Positions 37,819 through 51,760 of a stretch of DNA of 64,000 bases are shown one piece after another. Positions within the stretch are counted from its first letter, which is position 1. Every line of letters starts with the position of its first letter. The translations under genes and the position numbers were made by a program. The stretch spans positions 2,914,001-2,978,000 of the forward strand of contig CP158635.1 of the NCBI GenBank assembly GCA_050273025.1. The letters are read 5' to 3'. A model generated the notes under the pieces. It ran no database searches, was not told the origin of the DNA, and saw only the letters and a list, made by a program, of their open reading frames with translations. Source of the stretch: Cenococcum geophilum. Lineage: Eukaryota.

Positions 37819-40800
37819 TGTAAGGTGAGGATGTGGATAGGGAGTCCAATGATAGAATAATGGGTATATTGTATAGACAGAGACAAATCCTTAAGGGAAA
37901 AGGAGGAGTCTGTGTGCGAGGTAGGAAGGGTTTTCCCTAGGCACGTGCAGAGCACGTGCCTCACGGGCGAGTCACCCCTGGGTTGCCCCAGGGTCGCCCA
38001 TACCTTGCGGCTATATAACTATCTACTTAGGTTTTACCTAACAATGCCCCCCCCTTTAAAAAGGGTCGTCCCCGATCCTTTATATACTTAAGCCTCAATA
38101 AAACCCCATAAAAAACCTTAGTAAGGAAAAAATTTAGAGGGGAAAGAGCGTCTTAATTTTTGCATATAGAGAGACGGGTAGTATATATACACGGCGTAAA
38201 GATATTAAGGAACTTCGACTAGCGGTTAAAGTTGTCTAATTAGTCAGATTTGCCTTACTAAGACTCCCCCGCATTTAACTAAGCCAGTAGCGATTTTATA
38301 TGCCCGGTATAGAAAATCCTAATTAGTCCATTTAATAGGTAGAGCTAGTGGAGCTTAATACCGTCGCCTGAATTTGGTAGACCAGAAATATTCCAAAAGC
38401 TCGCTTGCGTAGGCAGGTCGCTAGTACCTCGCGGGTTAGTCATAGGTTATTTACATACAGCCAGATTTATAGACGGTAAGGCTATATACCTATTAAACCC
38501 GCCGCTGACCCTGCTTTAGCCTTACGCTATACCGGTATAGCGCCGTATATACTTCGCGGGTAGGTTTATAGGTTACTTATATATAGCCAGGTTTAGGACG
38601 GCAAGGCTATATACCCGTTAAATCTGCCGCTAACCCATGCTTTGGCCTTGTGTGTTATCTACGTAGTATATACGTAGAATAGTATAAGTTGTTAGTATAG
38701 GTTACCACCAGCGGGTTACCAGTAGGTTATAGACCCCAGTTAAATAGACCCCGGTTATAAACGGGCGTAGGATATTAATAAATTAAAACTTCACCCCGTA
38801 TATACGCCGCAGTTCTCATAGCAGTCGTTACTTATTCTTTAATCCCTTGGGACGTCCTCTGCTCCGCTTTAATGCAGGTTATATTTTAACAGCAGCGCTT
38901 ACTTTTCGCCTGCGCTTTAGCTATAAGGCTAGGGTGTTCCGCTTGCGGTACTTATCTAGCAGTTATTAACAATTCTTAAGTTCTGTCTCGTATTTTTATT
39001 TATTGTACTTATTTAGCCATCCTAGCCATTTAATAAGGTACTATAGTTATCTAGCACGATCCTAATGGGCGATAATTACTTCTACTTCCCAGCTGCCTTC
39101 CTTGAGCTCTTCCACTGCTAGGGGTTAAAACCCAGGGCGTGACCTATAAGGCTCTAGTAGGGAGATATAAAAGACTAGGTAGAGCCGTGCTATAGTAGGT
39201 AGAAGCTCTAGCTTATATACTTACTACCCTACGCGCTCTAGGATCTAAAACGGTCCTATAAACTTGTAGTTAAGCTTTTTATAAGGACGTTTCGTGCGGA
39301 TGTTCTTGGAGGAAAGCAGGACTCATTCACCGACGGCAAAATGCTTGGCTAGATAGTAACGATTGTAATATTTTACCTAAAGCTTTTAGGCGTATATTAT
39401 CGACGCCGCCGCTACCTTACGTGTAAGGCGTAGGCGTTATAGGTGCGTCTCTGCGAGTTAGATATTTGTCAACTTAGACCCCTCCCCACCTTACTGGGCG
39501 TCTTAGACGCTGTCCAGGACTCTATCCAGGACGTTTAGTAGCTAGCTATAGGCGAGCTTAATAGGGGAACGCTTTATTGTGGTATAGACCTTAGAGTTAT
39601 AGGTAAAGGCTACTTCTTTAAATAGGGAGGCCCAATTAAACTGTTCCCAGTTTATAAATATACGTAGGTATACCTTAAGCTCCTAGTTCTAGCGCTCCGT
39701 CTGCCCATCTATCTACGGGTAAAATGTAGTACTAAGTTTACGTTAAACGCGGAGATAGTAGCACATAGTACTTTAGTACTCGCTTATAAATACACTACCC
39801 CTATTAGAGACAATATTATCTAAAGGCCCTATTTATGCAAAGACTCTAAATAAGAGTTCTGCGAGTTGCGTAGCATTAATTGTCTTACGCACTAGATAGT
39901 AGCGCACTAGCTTTATAAAACGGTCTATAAGGACAAGGACGGAGTTATACTCTACGCCATCAGGAGTCTTAGACTCTGGGAGATCCGTAATAAAGTTAAG
40001 TAAATAATGCCGCTAGGCTTAGGTAGGGGCCTAGAAAGGCTGCAGCTTACCATAGGGTTTATAGCGGCGCGATTTAGAGCGTTAGTAGGTATTATAATTA
40101 TCTAGGTATTTGCGGAGGTCCTAGGTAAGGCCATTCCAAGCGTACTTCCGCGCGATTACCTTAAAGGTACGGTTAAAACCATAGTGGCCGCCTATAGAAT
40201 CGTTATGATTTCGCTTAAGGATCTCCTGTTATAGTAGTATGCAATTCAGCACCTAAACCTTATTATTTTACCTTAGGAGTCCTTAATTATTAAGGGTGTA
40301 ATCCTTATTACCGGCGGGAACTCGTTTCTAGGTTAACTAATCACATATAAAGCGTATAAAGGCGTCCCTTTTTTATACTCTATAAATAAAATTAACTAGT
40401 AACTTAGGGGGTTATTCCGTAAACGCCGTTTCGGCTAAAGCAGCTACTACTACTTCTTGCTATGGCACGAGACTCTACGCAAAGTCGGTGCCAGCAAAGT
40501 AATATATAATGCGCAGGTAACTCGCTAGGTCGTCGCGGGGGACCATAACCTAGGCTAAGGGGTCTTCCCTAGGGTTAAGCGCTATTAGGCTAGTCGAAGT
40601 GGTCTTAAAGAGAATAGTAGGACGCTTTGGTCCGCCGGCGCTAAGTTTATAAAGGTTACTCATATACTACACGTATACTACTTACTAATATAGTATAGTA
40701 GCACCAGGGCCACCCACAAGGCCTATAACCCGCAACTTTTACTATAATATAGGCAGCATAGCATTAAGGAGTATCCTCTTACTGCTATCTTTAAAGCCTT

Positions 40801-43800
40801 TAGCATAATCCGGGCGCCGGGATAGTATATTAGTAGGATTTATCTTGCCTAGCTTATATTTAATCTTAAAATTAAACTTAGCTAGTTCTTTGGCGTACCG
40901 GGCCTAGCAAGCAGATAAGCTCTTAGTAGTTATAAAGTACTAAAGATTATTATAATTATAGAGCACGCGCGTTATATACACGGCGTGTTTAAGGTAATAG
41001 CGCCACGTTTTAAAGCATTGCACTATAGCGAGTAGTTCTTTATTATGCGTATTATACTATACTTCTAGGCTAATAAGCTTCTAACTATAATAAGCAATTA
41101 GGTGCCAGTAGAGTTAATCTCCCTACCCCAAAGGCTGCAGAAGTATACCGCTATAGGTATAGTCGGAAGCGTTAGTAATTACCATTAGGGGTAGATTAGG
41201 GTTAAAGTGGCAAAGTAGAGGAGCTTGCGTAAACGCAGCGCGTAGCTTATAGAACGCCTACTATATATTATCGGGCCAGGACTAGGGTTAATACCATTTA
41301 GTAAGCCCTTTTAACTTACGCTTCCTCTTCTTCTCCCTATCTAATATTAGGTTGTAATATACCCATGCAAGATATACGTGCAGGGGGTATGCAGTATCTA
41401 AGTAGTTCTAAATAAATCGCCTATAGAAGTTGGCAAAGCTAAGGAAGACCTAGATATCCCTATAGGACTTAGGCTCAGGCCATTCCTTAATAGCTTTTAC
41501 GCGGTTAGGGTCCATTATAATACCCCTAGGGGTAATAATAAAGCCTAGGAACTCAACGTTCTTAGTATAAAAGATGCATTTTAACAGTTTGGCGTATAGG
41601 CCCCAAGTGCGGAGCTGTCGTAGTACCTACTTAATATGCTTAACATGCTTGTCCTTATTATTTAAGTAAATAAGAATATTATCTAGGTAGACTATGTAGA
41701 TGGTATCCACTAGGGTTCCTAGAGCTTTATAAATATAGCTCTAGAAAGTTATAGGGGCGTTAGCAAGACCAAAGGGCATCACTAGGTACTTAAAGTAACC
41801 GTAGCGTGTCTTAAATATAGTCTTTTATTTATCTCCCTTTTTAATACGAATTCTATAGTACGCATTACAAAGATCTAGCTTTGTAAATATCTTCGCATAG
41901 CTAAGCCTATTAAAGTGTTCGCCGACCAGCAGTAGGGGGTACCGATTTTTAATCATAATCTTGTTTAGGCGTCTATAGTTAACACATAGCCGTATTATAC
42001 CGTCTGCTTTTGGCATAAAGAGGATAGGCGCTCTAGTAGGCGACTTACTAGGCCTAATCCAGCCCTTTTCAAGAGCACTGTCTAGGTACTCTCGTAAGAT
42101 CTGCAACTCTTTCTATAAGAGGTTATAGAGGGGCATTTACAGTAGCGTCTTACCTTCTTCTAAGTCGATCGCATAGTTGTACTCAGAGTTCTACGGTAGC
42201 ATACTTGCTAGCTTATTAGAAAAGACATTAATTTTCTCCTTATATATATCTAGTAGGCCAGGGGCCACAGAGGTCAAAGCGACTATTATGTGGTAGTATA
42301 CTTCTAGGAGCCAGTAAAGAGAAGGGTGCAGCCAATATGCGTTTCGTAGGTATACTCGCATAGAGAGTATATATAGCTCTACTGTAGTATACTCAATAGT
42401 TTTAGGGTTTCAATTACCTCCCCCTTATGTATAGGTAATCTGCGCCAGCACTAGAGGGTCTCTATAGGTACTCGCTGCTAGTAACGGCAGGTCCTCTACT
42501 ATGTTTACAACCGGTATTTCTACGTCCGGAGGGTCTGTATGGGTACTCGCTGCCAGTAACAACAGGTCCTCTATTATATTTACAACCGGCGTAAAAAAGG
42601 AGTCTTCTAGCTATAGCGAATAGACTGTTTCGCCAGCCTTAATATCTACCAGGAGAGCGTTAAGAGTAATTATCTAAAGGCGTCTAGGGTCCGAAGTACC
42701 CTAGATAAACTATCTAAAACGGAAGCTAATTAATAGATCTGCTTCCGCAAGCCAATCCTATCTAAGAACCATATTATAACCATTAAATAAGCCGCCCTAA
42801 AAGGTCTGCGGGCTAATGGTGTAAGGGGTACCCTAGGAGTCGCTAGTAGTAACCGTTAAATCATAAGCATCCCAGATTGTTATCTAGTTGCTATTAAGGA
42901 AATATACAATAGGTTTACGTAAACGTAGCGCGTAGCGTATAGGCAGGTTAAACCTATAGACGATATCTTAATTAATAAGGTTAATTTGGCACCCATTATT
43001 ATATAAGGCATATAGGCGGACTTCGCCCTAGGGCGTATTTATTATAACGTATACCACAATACGTTTCTTCTCTCCCTCTATATTAGGCCCTAGTTATAGT
43101 TAAGAGAAATACGCTACTAGGGCTTTGGGTTTTCTAAAGCCCGAGCTAACTTCTCTTTGGCCTGCTTCCAGTGTTCCTTATAGTAGCCGCCTGCGGTCCT
43201 TTAACTTGCCTACGTAGCACTAGCGTCTGGGGGGTCCCCTAAGCTATCCGGCTTTTAGGTGGTCTCCCCGGGAGTTTACTTAGAAAAGCATTACCCTTTT
43301 TAGGTTCTGTTCCCTAAGCCTAAGTCTATAAAGCCTATGCTGCGACCGCGCTTTATACGCAATAATTTACCGCTACCACTTACGCGATCTTCCGCGAGCT
43401 TTGTAGTATTAAGCAATTACTCTACATAGCGGATTTCGTTAAAGAGGTCTTTAGTAGTTCTCACCCGTTAGGCAAAGTTCTAGCGGAAGAGCTCTGCTTA
43501 TAGGTGGGCTAGAAGACGTAAGAACTAGAAGTCTACCTATTATTTAGGATTAATAAAAGGGGTATATAAGAAGAGGTCCTCTAAGCTACGCATACGGGCT
43601 AGAAAGACGTCAAACCTCTAGTTCTCCTTTATAATAGCCATATAGTATATTATAGCGTTATTAAAGCGTCTCACTATAGGGTTCCTAATCTAGTCTTGGA
43701 CTATAGTCTTAAATTCGTCCTATAGTAAGGGACCCTTGTCCTTAGTGCCTAACCGGCGATAAACTAGTTAGGTAATTATCTTCTTTTTTATAAGACCTTC

Positions 43801-44590
43801 AATAGCCTAGCGCGTGCGTCGCTTATAGTCATAGTTAGCGTTATTAACCTTAAATCGGTTCTTAACTGCGGCAATCTACTGGTTAAAATACTATTAAGTA
43901 GTACCGCCAATATTAGGTAGTGACTTCTTAACCAGGGCGTTAAGATTTAATCGGCGTATACGTTCGCTATATAACTCGTGCTCTTTACTAGAAAGGCGAC
44001 GGGAGGGCTTTATTAAATTAATAATGCTTTATAAGTTGGCTATTTTCTTAGCTAGCTTATCTAGCTCCTTTATATTAGCGGTATTAGGTAAGACGCTAGT
44101 AACCTTACTAAGCTTCTATTAAGCCTAGGTATATAAGTTAAACTAGTTTTTAGCGTTCGTAGATATCTAATCGTTTTGGGATTTGGAGAATGGCTCAGAT
44201 ACTCCTAATATGCTTTTAGCAGTTTCGTCTACACTAGATCCTAAGGCGTTCTATAGTTGCATTGCTAGCGTATTACCGTCGGGTATAGGCGTCAGTTTTC
44301 TTTTCGGAGGCATTATAGAAAAATTAAACCGGCTATCCTCCTAAGGGGATTAGTAAGGATTTAAATGTAAGGTAAGAATATAGATAGGGAGTCTAATAAT
44401 AGAATAATGGGTATATTGTATAGACAGAGACGAATCCTTAAGGGAAAAGGAGGAGTCTATATACGAGGTAGGAAGGGTTTTCCCTAGGCATGTATAAAGC
44501 ACGTACCTTACGGGCGAGTCACCCCTAGGTTACCCTAGGGTCGCCTATACCTTGCGGCTATATAACTATCTACTCAGGTTTTACCTAATA
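37819..44590 (-). mobile_element. Ty3/Gypsy chromovirus D (minus strand)
   Basis: 225-bp LTRs at 37819-38043 and 44366-44590, TSD AAATT, PPT (C-run at about 38047-38054); gag ATG at 44313; RT fragment EKGWIRPSKSP...IRLCVNYRRLN in ORF 41825-42106. Confidence 0.95.
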
Positions 44591-45164
44591 AAATTTTATT
44601 AAATTTTAATATAACTCCTAGAATCTTGTTGTTGGAGAAGACGCAGCCGGATTTGGAGGTTCCTACCCCCCGTTTTAGGAGGTAGTTTCTCCTCGCTTAG
44701 ACCCATATCTGTCGCCGCTTTTACAACGTGCTAAGCATGCCAAGGGCGGCAGGGTCTCCCTTACTAAACTTAGAAGCGCTGCAGCCCTGCAACGCACCTC
44801 TTAAAGCCCTAAACGTCCCTCGGCGACTATTTAAGAAGCTATAGACCGCCGCCTACCTAATCCTGTCTCCACCTTCGCCCTCATCCTCCGCTAAAAGCAC
44901 TACCCTCACATAACAAAAACTCCTTTTTATACTACGCTCTTTTAACCCTTTTCCCACAGTAGTTACGTATATATTTTCCCCTGCTATTATATCATTCACC
45001 CCTAATACTTAATTTCTAGGTTTCTACTTACGGGGTTTTTTTGCCCTGTCCTATTCTTAAGAACGCCTATCTCCCGTAGAGCCTTTTTTAGCATTCTTAT
45101 TTGCTCTTAAGCTAGGTAACTAGCAGCTGCTAAAGCACACTAAGACACCACGCGTTTAACTACT

Positions 45165-47687
45165 ATGCCCTCTTAAAGCAAGAAATGGCAAAATATAGAT
45201 TTAGCCTCTAGCTTAGACTTGGAACTAGGCAAGCCGTCTTATTCTAAGCTAGCTTCGGACTTAGATTTAAGCTCTAACTCTAGAGCTAGGGAAGACGCCG
45301 ATTCTAAGGGGGAATATTTACGGCAGAGGATTGCGTATTATAAGGACTAAGGAAGAGCGAAGTTAAAATAAAAGCCCTAGTTTACTTCTCTTATTAAGTA
45401 TAAGTTCCAGAACTAGGAAAAGTTCGTTTATATTTAAACTAAGATTTACCTTATAATACTAATGATTTGTATTTAAGTTCTGCCTAAAAGTTAAGTCTAA
45501 CCCAACTAAGGCCCTTTATTAGTATACAGCCGATATATTTAAAACATACCTCAAATAGCGCGTGAAGAATTCTTAAATTAAGAAGGAAAGCGCGATTAAG
45601 GCGTACTAAAGACAAATACTGTGTAAATTTATAGATATAGCAGGCCATAGTATAAATAATAGCGCAGAACTTAATATACAAGATATAGGGCAATCTTTAA
45701 TTTTTTAAAAAAAAAACTTAGCTAATTTGTTATAGTGGATTCTAACCTACTTAACGCTAATATATAAGCTAGATACGTTGGAGAAAGAAAAGAATATAAT
45801 ATATATACAGGACTTGTATATAATTATTAATACCTATTAGATAATGGACGCGAAGCCTTACTATAGTTGTTTTTGAGTATAAATGGGAGCAATCCTCCTC
45901 CTCTTTAGTGCCACAGCAATAAGACCCTAAGCTCTTATTAAAAGTTTAAGCGTAAGAGGCTCTAATAAAGCGCTTTTATATAAATATATTATAATCCTAA
46001 AAGTTTATAATGCGAAAAACTTTAATTAAACCATAACTGTTGCCCTTGTAAGTCTCGTGCATATTAAGAATTCTAAAGGCATAGGTAGACGGTATATAGC
46101 GACGCCGATTAAAGACGGCGCGAATAACGCTAATAGCCCTATAGTAAGAGGTTTATTTTCCATTTTAAAAGTATCCCAGCTTTTTATATCCTATCCTATT
46201 TTATAAGCCTTACCATCGCAAATAATGCATTTTAACGCCATTATACTTCGCTAGAAGAGATTTTTAGACTTAAAATCCTAGCGAATAAAGAGAGTCTTAA
46301 AGTAAAGTTTAAGAAGGAAATAGAGAAACGACCCATCTTTTAAGATATTAAGATAATGGCTAGTTATAGGGGAGTGTTAAATACCAAAGCATTCCCTTAC
46401 CAGAAATGCCGCGATTACTATATATGGTTAGGCTAAGTGGCCGGGTTTAAATAATCGCTTAAACTTTACTAGCTGCGATAAGTGTCCGGAAGGAAATTAA
46501 ATAGTAAGTGTCTAATTTAACATAAGCGCATCTATTAACTAAGCTTTCTAGGCGCCCTTACTCTAGAAGAGCGAAATTAGATAATAGGTTATTACGGCGA
46601 TACCTACTAACGGTTTTATTTACCTAATTTAATTAAGCGCGATTTCTAGTTAATCTACTTCGGGACTCTATTGCAGGACGACCTTATCTAATATACCGCA
46701 CGGATAGGGATCTTAAGGGATAAGCGGGCCCCTATAGGTCTAACCGACGAGTAAAAGCTTAAATTCTAGTTAGAACTTAACCAATACCCTAATATTCTAT
46801 AGCTTTATAAGAAACAAGAGCGATATAAGCGAAAGATTAGGAGCCGGGGATATTACCCTATTACTGCCGCGAAGGGAACGAAACTATATAACCGTTACAA
46901 CGAAGCTAGACGTAAACTTAATAGTGTTATAAACGTCCTGCGTAAACAAAAAGAGGACTAGGTTATTCTTAATTTTTATAACGCCATTAACAATTACAAT
47001 ATTAAAAAATAGCTCAGTGGTAGCGTTAGGACGGATATTTCTACCTATTTAGCTATATAGTATAAATTTCGCGAATGTACTGCTATTGCTAAACTGCTAT
47101 CTTAGCCGCTAAATAAGCTTAAAGAAGGGCACGCTATAAAACTCCGTATAAAGTTTATCTATAATCTTGTTAAGTATTATAATTAATAAAAAAGCTAGTA
47201 GAATAGGATCCTAAGCAAGGCTATTAGATTTTAACTTGGGTCTAAAGTAGACTAAAATATAATAGGCGTAAAAAGAGGTGCAAGTAACACTAATACTAGT
47301 ACCCATTAATAGGTAAAGCGGTAGAAAGAATAGATTAGCTTAGACTTGCCTTTCTAAAAAAACCTAGATAAGACGCGGAGCGCGGTCCTAATTAAGAAAG
47401 AGGGTGTTAAGATAATACAGCCGCCGTATCCTATAACGTTTACTAATCTTATTTGCCTTATCTATATCAGCAATAACTAACTCTTAACGCTAGGGCAGAC
47501 CTGCCTATTTACGAAGAAGGATACACTATAGAAGCATCTCAATAATTACGTTACAGAAGGAGTATTTAGGTAGGGGTTCTACTATAAGCATCCTTATTGT
47601 TTAGAGTGGATTAAAGGACTTAAGCATTTTAAAAATCACGTAGCCCTTATATATAGTATATAGCATCTAATTAAGAGGCACTACTAG
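45165..47687 (+). pseudogene. DUF3435 tyrosine recombinase (Starship captain-like), intron-containing, RIP-inactivated
   Basis: FKTYLK*RVKNS*IKKESAIKAY*; LLFSATAIRP*ALIKS; ALTIANNAF; LPYQKCRDYY...LKLY*LR; RDF*LIYFGTLLQDDLI; and a C-terminal C2H2-like region (LICLIYI...LKHFKNHVALI). Recognised by recalled family motifs, not by a search. Confidence 0.8.
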
Positions 47688-49957
47688 GTAAGTCGCCTTA
47701 CTTATGCGAGAATCCTATGCTAACCCTCTAGTACTAATAGAAAGGCATATAACTAGTAAACTTAGAACTATATATTTCTTATACATAGGACCTTTTCCTA
47801 GTTATTACGCGCTTATCTTATTATTCTTTATCGCTTTTTATTTTATTTTATTATATTAGTCTATTATTATCTAATCCTATTTTAGTATTTAATAGAATAG
47901 ATAGAGATCTTATGGAGCTAATATACCTTAACCAGCGGATCGATCTTATCCGAAATTTTATATAGTTATACTTATATTAAGAGGCTTGGCGACAGAATAC
48001 GCCTCCTAATACGTTAAAAGGGATCGCCATAAAGTATATAACGTTTATTACTTATATAGTTATATTATAGAAGGAATAAAGTAAAGTGGAATAAAATAGA
48101 TGCGATTAATATATTAATATCTGGCTTATACTGCACTATCTTATAAGCTACGTATTAGTTAGGGATTAGCTAAGATTATTATAGTAATATAATCCCCTTT
48201 TTATTTCATTCTATTTTATTCTATCTTTTCTTATTAGCCTTCTAAATGCAAGCTATATAGTAAACTCATAGCTAAGGTGCGCATATAGACAATATGCCTC
48301 GTTTCGCTGCTATATATCCTATAGTACCTATCTTATATACTACATAAATAATATAAATTAGCGATTAGTATATAAGCTATAAGACGCGTTATAGACGAAA
48401 TGGCATATGCCCTATAACTTAACTCCCTCCTATTTATCAATATAAGATATATATCTAACTCCTACGTATAACTAGGACCAGAACTAGGCCCTAGTATATA
48501 GCCCCATACTTTAAGCCTATTACTTAGCTTAAAGTTAGGAGGATATTAGTATAATCTAGTACTCTAATACTTGCTAGCTTAGCTATCCGAACGCCTCTAT
48601 ACCTATAATAGCCTACTAATGAATTTTTTATAGGCAATTAGCGTTTCATTCTCGTTTTTTAGGTTATTTAAAGCCTCTAATTTTAGACCTATATATACTT
48701 TCGTACGAATCTCTTTACTCTTTAATATTTTTAGTCTTTTAATTTATCCGAGTTAAGGTTAAGGATACGGTATACAGTTTAATTAAAGATAGTTATATAT
48801 TTAGCTCTAAGAATACTCCCCTAGCGTTTCTAATATCTATAAAATTATATCCCTAGTAATATGTTCTATATATAATATATAAAACAATTACCAGCCTTTA
48901 TATATAAGTTTTTATAGCTTTATATATTATAGCTAATCTAGCTTCTAACGCTAAAATAAAGTAAAATTAGTAATAACTAAAAGAAGGAATTTAAGAAATA
49001 ACGTAATATTATTTACTCTTATTTTAAAGACTATAGGTTAATAACGGATAATAAAGAAGATAAGGCTTTTTAAAACCTTATTAATTACTATAACGCTTAT
49101 AACGATTTAGAGAAAGTTTAATATTTAAAGGAGATACTGCTTAACCTTATTGGGGTAGAGACCTAATAAGAGATGTTTACTAAGAAAATATTATAGGAAG
49201 GATAGGAGACATTAAGATATAGAATTTAGATATACTGCAGGCCTTAAGAAGCTCCTAGATATAACTTAATAATAGTATAGCGGTACTTAATAGATTATCT
49301 CCCCCGTTATAGCTAAATGTGCAATATAACTTTTATTTAATTTATTTAAAGGGGCATTATCGCCAGGTATACCGTGATATTATTACTTTAAATACTTATT
49401 TTCTATAGCCGGAAAACCCTCCTTTAAAGAGCGACTAAAACCTACCCCTTACTAATTTATTTTAGTAGGCGGAACGCCTAGGTGCCAAAACTGGCCCCTA
49501 ACTATTAGTACTAACAGCGGGCCTAAAAATAGGTCCTATAGGCGCTGGTTTTTTTTTACTAGGTAGTAAGGGATAATAGTACGGGAGAATCTAACTCTAT
49601 AAGCCGTAAGGGCTAAATCGCTTAAACGTTAAAAGGGAAGAAAAACGCCTAATTAGGTATTAGTAAATTAGTATATAGGCATACATAATAGCGAGCTAAG
49701 GTAAAACTGGAAAACTTTAATTAGGGATTGCTCTAAAGCGGACTAATCTAAAGCATAGCGCCCTCTAAATGTATAGCTAGGATCTTAACGGATTTAGCGG
49801 CTGCGGCTTAGGTCTTATAAGCTAGAAGGTTATAGAAGCTAGGGGATTCTATAAGTTAGGTAGTTATATAAATAGGGTAGTCTAACCTAGCGCCCTTTAA
49901 TTAATACCTAGCGTGTAAATAGGGTATTAATAGGTTTAATAACTTCGTGGTTTTAAT

Positions 49958-50498
49958 CCTGCGAGCTAGATACTCGTGCGAGCTAGGCGATCCTATAAGC
50001 TAGGTAATTATACGAGCTAGGTAATTATACAAGCTGGGCGATCGTGCGAGCTAGGCGATCGTGCGAACTGGGTAATCGTGCGAGTGGGGTAATCGTGCGA
50101 GCATGGTGCTTGTGGGAGCTGGGCAATCCTGCGAGCTAGGTGGTCGTGCGAGCTAGGTGATCGTGCGAGCCGGGCGATCGTGTGAGCTGGGCGATCGTGC
50201 GAGCCGGGCGATTGTGCGAGCTAGGCGATCGTGTAAGCTGGGCGATTGTATAAGCTGGGCGATCGTGTAAGCTAGGCGATCGTGTGAGCTGGGCGATCGT
50301 GTAAGCTGGGCGATCGTGTGAGCTAGGCGATCGTGTAAGCTGGGTGATCGTATAAGCTGGGCAATTGTATAAGCTAGGCGATCGTGTAAGCTGGGCGATT
50401 GTATAAGCTAGGCAATTGTGTAAGCGGGGCGATCGTATAAGTGGGGCGATCATGTAAGCGGGGTGATTGTGCGAGTAGGGTAATTGTGTAAGCAGGGT
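49958..50498. repeat. 17-bp tandem repeat (GTGCGAGCTGGGCGATC)
   Basis: Direct reading; bracketed by a direct repeat TCTAACCTAGCGCCCT at 49881 and 50501. Confidence 0.95.
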
Positions 50499-51319
50499 AA
50501 TCTAACCTAGCGCCCTCTATTAACGCCTAGCTTATAAATAATAAAAAGCAAATATTAGGAAAATATTAAAACTATAAAAAAAGGAAATATATAAGTCCTA
50601 AATCTAGAAATATAAAAGAAGTTCCTACATAAAGACTCCTATAAACTTTATAACGACTTAAAGCCCCCTTATATATACTTAGAGAAATTTATACATAAAC
50701 AGCCCTATAAGCGAAGCTATAAGTCTAAGCCCCCTCGCGTAACCTAACTACCCCTCCCCACCACACCGGAATAGATAAACAATCGCTATATATAATAAGT
50801 AGAGAAATAATTTAAATAAAAAGAAAGCACTATAAAATAGCATATTTATATCCTTAAGGTATAAATCTATAAGTACCTTAGTCTTAAATATAACTAATAC
50901 TTACTAAGGTGGCATACGTCCTAGGTCCATAAAAAAATTAAAAAATCCTAGGTCGTTAGCGTAGATTTACCTTTTATTACCGCTTTTAAGGTAGTAAATA
51001 AATTCATCTAAGTAAAAGCATAGATTATCGCGAATACTTTATAGCTCGCTATAAGTTAAGCGGGTAGAGACTTTAGTAGAAATAGTGAAATATTGTTTTA
51101 TTTCGCAATAGGCTAAACAAAAAGAAGCTAAAGTTTTAACCCTTTTACCAGCTTTTATTAGAAATCTTCTTTATATTTATATCCTATACTTATAGATTTA
51201 AGACTATAAAGCTAAGGCCACTATATCCAACCGTCGCCTATATAGCCTTATCGCTTAATATCTCTTTATTACTATCTACCCCTATTTCTTAATCCTTAGT
51301 ATTAAAGTCATTATTATAT

Positions 51320-51760
51320 ATTATTTTTGCGTCCTATTCTTTATTCTCATTACTTAAGTCACTTTCCCAACCAGTCCACGCCTCTACGTTACCGTTATTA
51401 TATTTAAAGTCGGTTTCTCCATCTATAAATACCCACTCACTAGCTAGCAATTTAGGGATAGTATACTTATAGGTACTTAGGGGTTACGGGATACTATTTA
51501 AGGAGTTATAGTTAATGCTATTAGAATATAGAATAAGTCTATAGACCTCTAAGTATTAAATACTTAGCGCCTTAAATAAAAGATCTCCCCTAACGTAAGG
51601 CAGATTAATAGGAGTTAGTATACCACCTATATAAGGCAGAGCGCTTATAAAGGGCTTAGCTAAAATACCAATTAAACCACTCTAAAGGCACTAATACCTC
51701 CTTTGCCATAAATAGGGGGTTAATATATAAGATTAACTGGCTAGGATAAGTCTACTACTT
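51320..51760 (-). pseudogene. Possible degraded gene of unknown function
   Basis: A stop-poor minus frame (SGLIGILAKPFISALPYIGG...EWVFIDGETDFKYNNGNVEAWTGWESD); no family recognised. Confidence 0.25.

Noticed and set aside
41825..42106. Intact reverse transcriptase gene
   Set aside because: Only a stop-free fragment of the RIP-destroyed pol of element D.
50136..50453. 105-aa ORF
   Set aside because: Translation of the 17-bp minisatellite.
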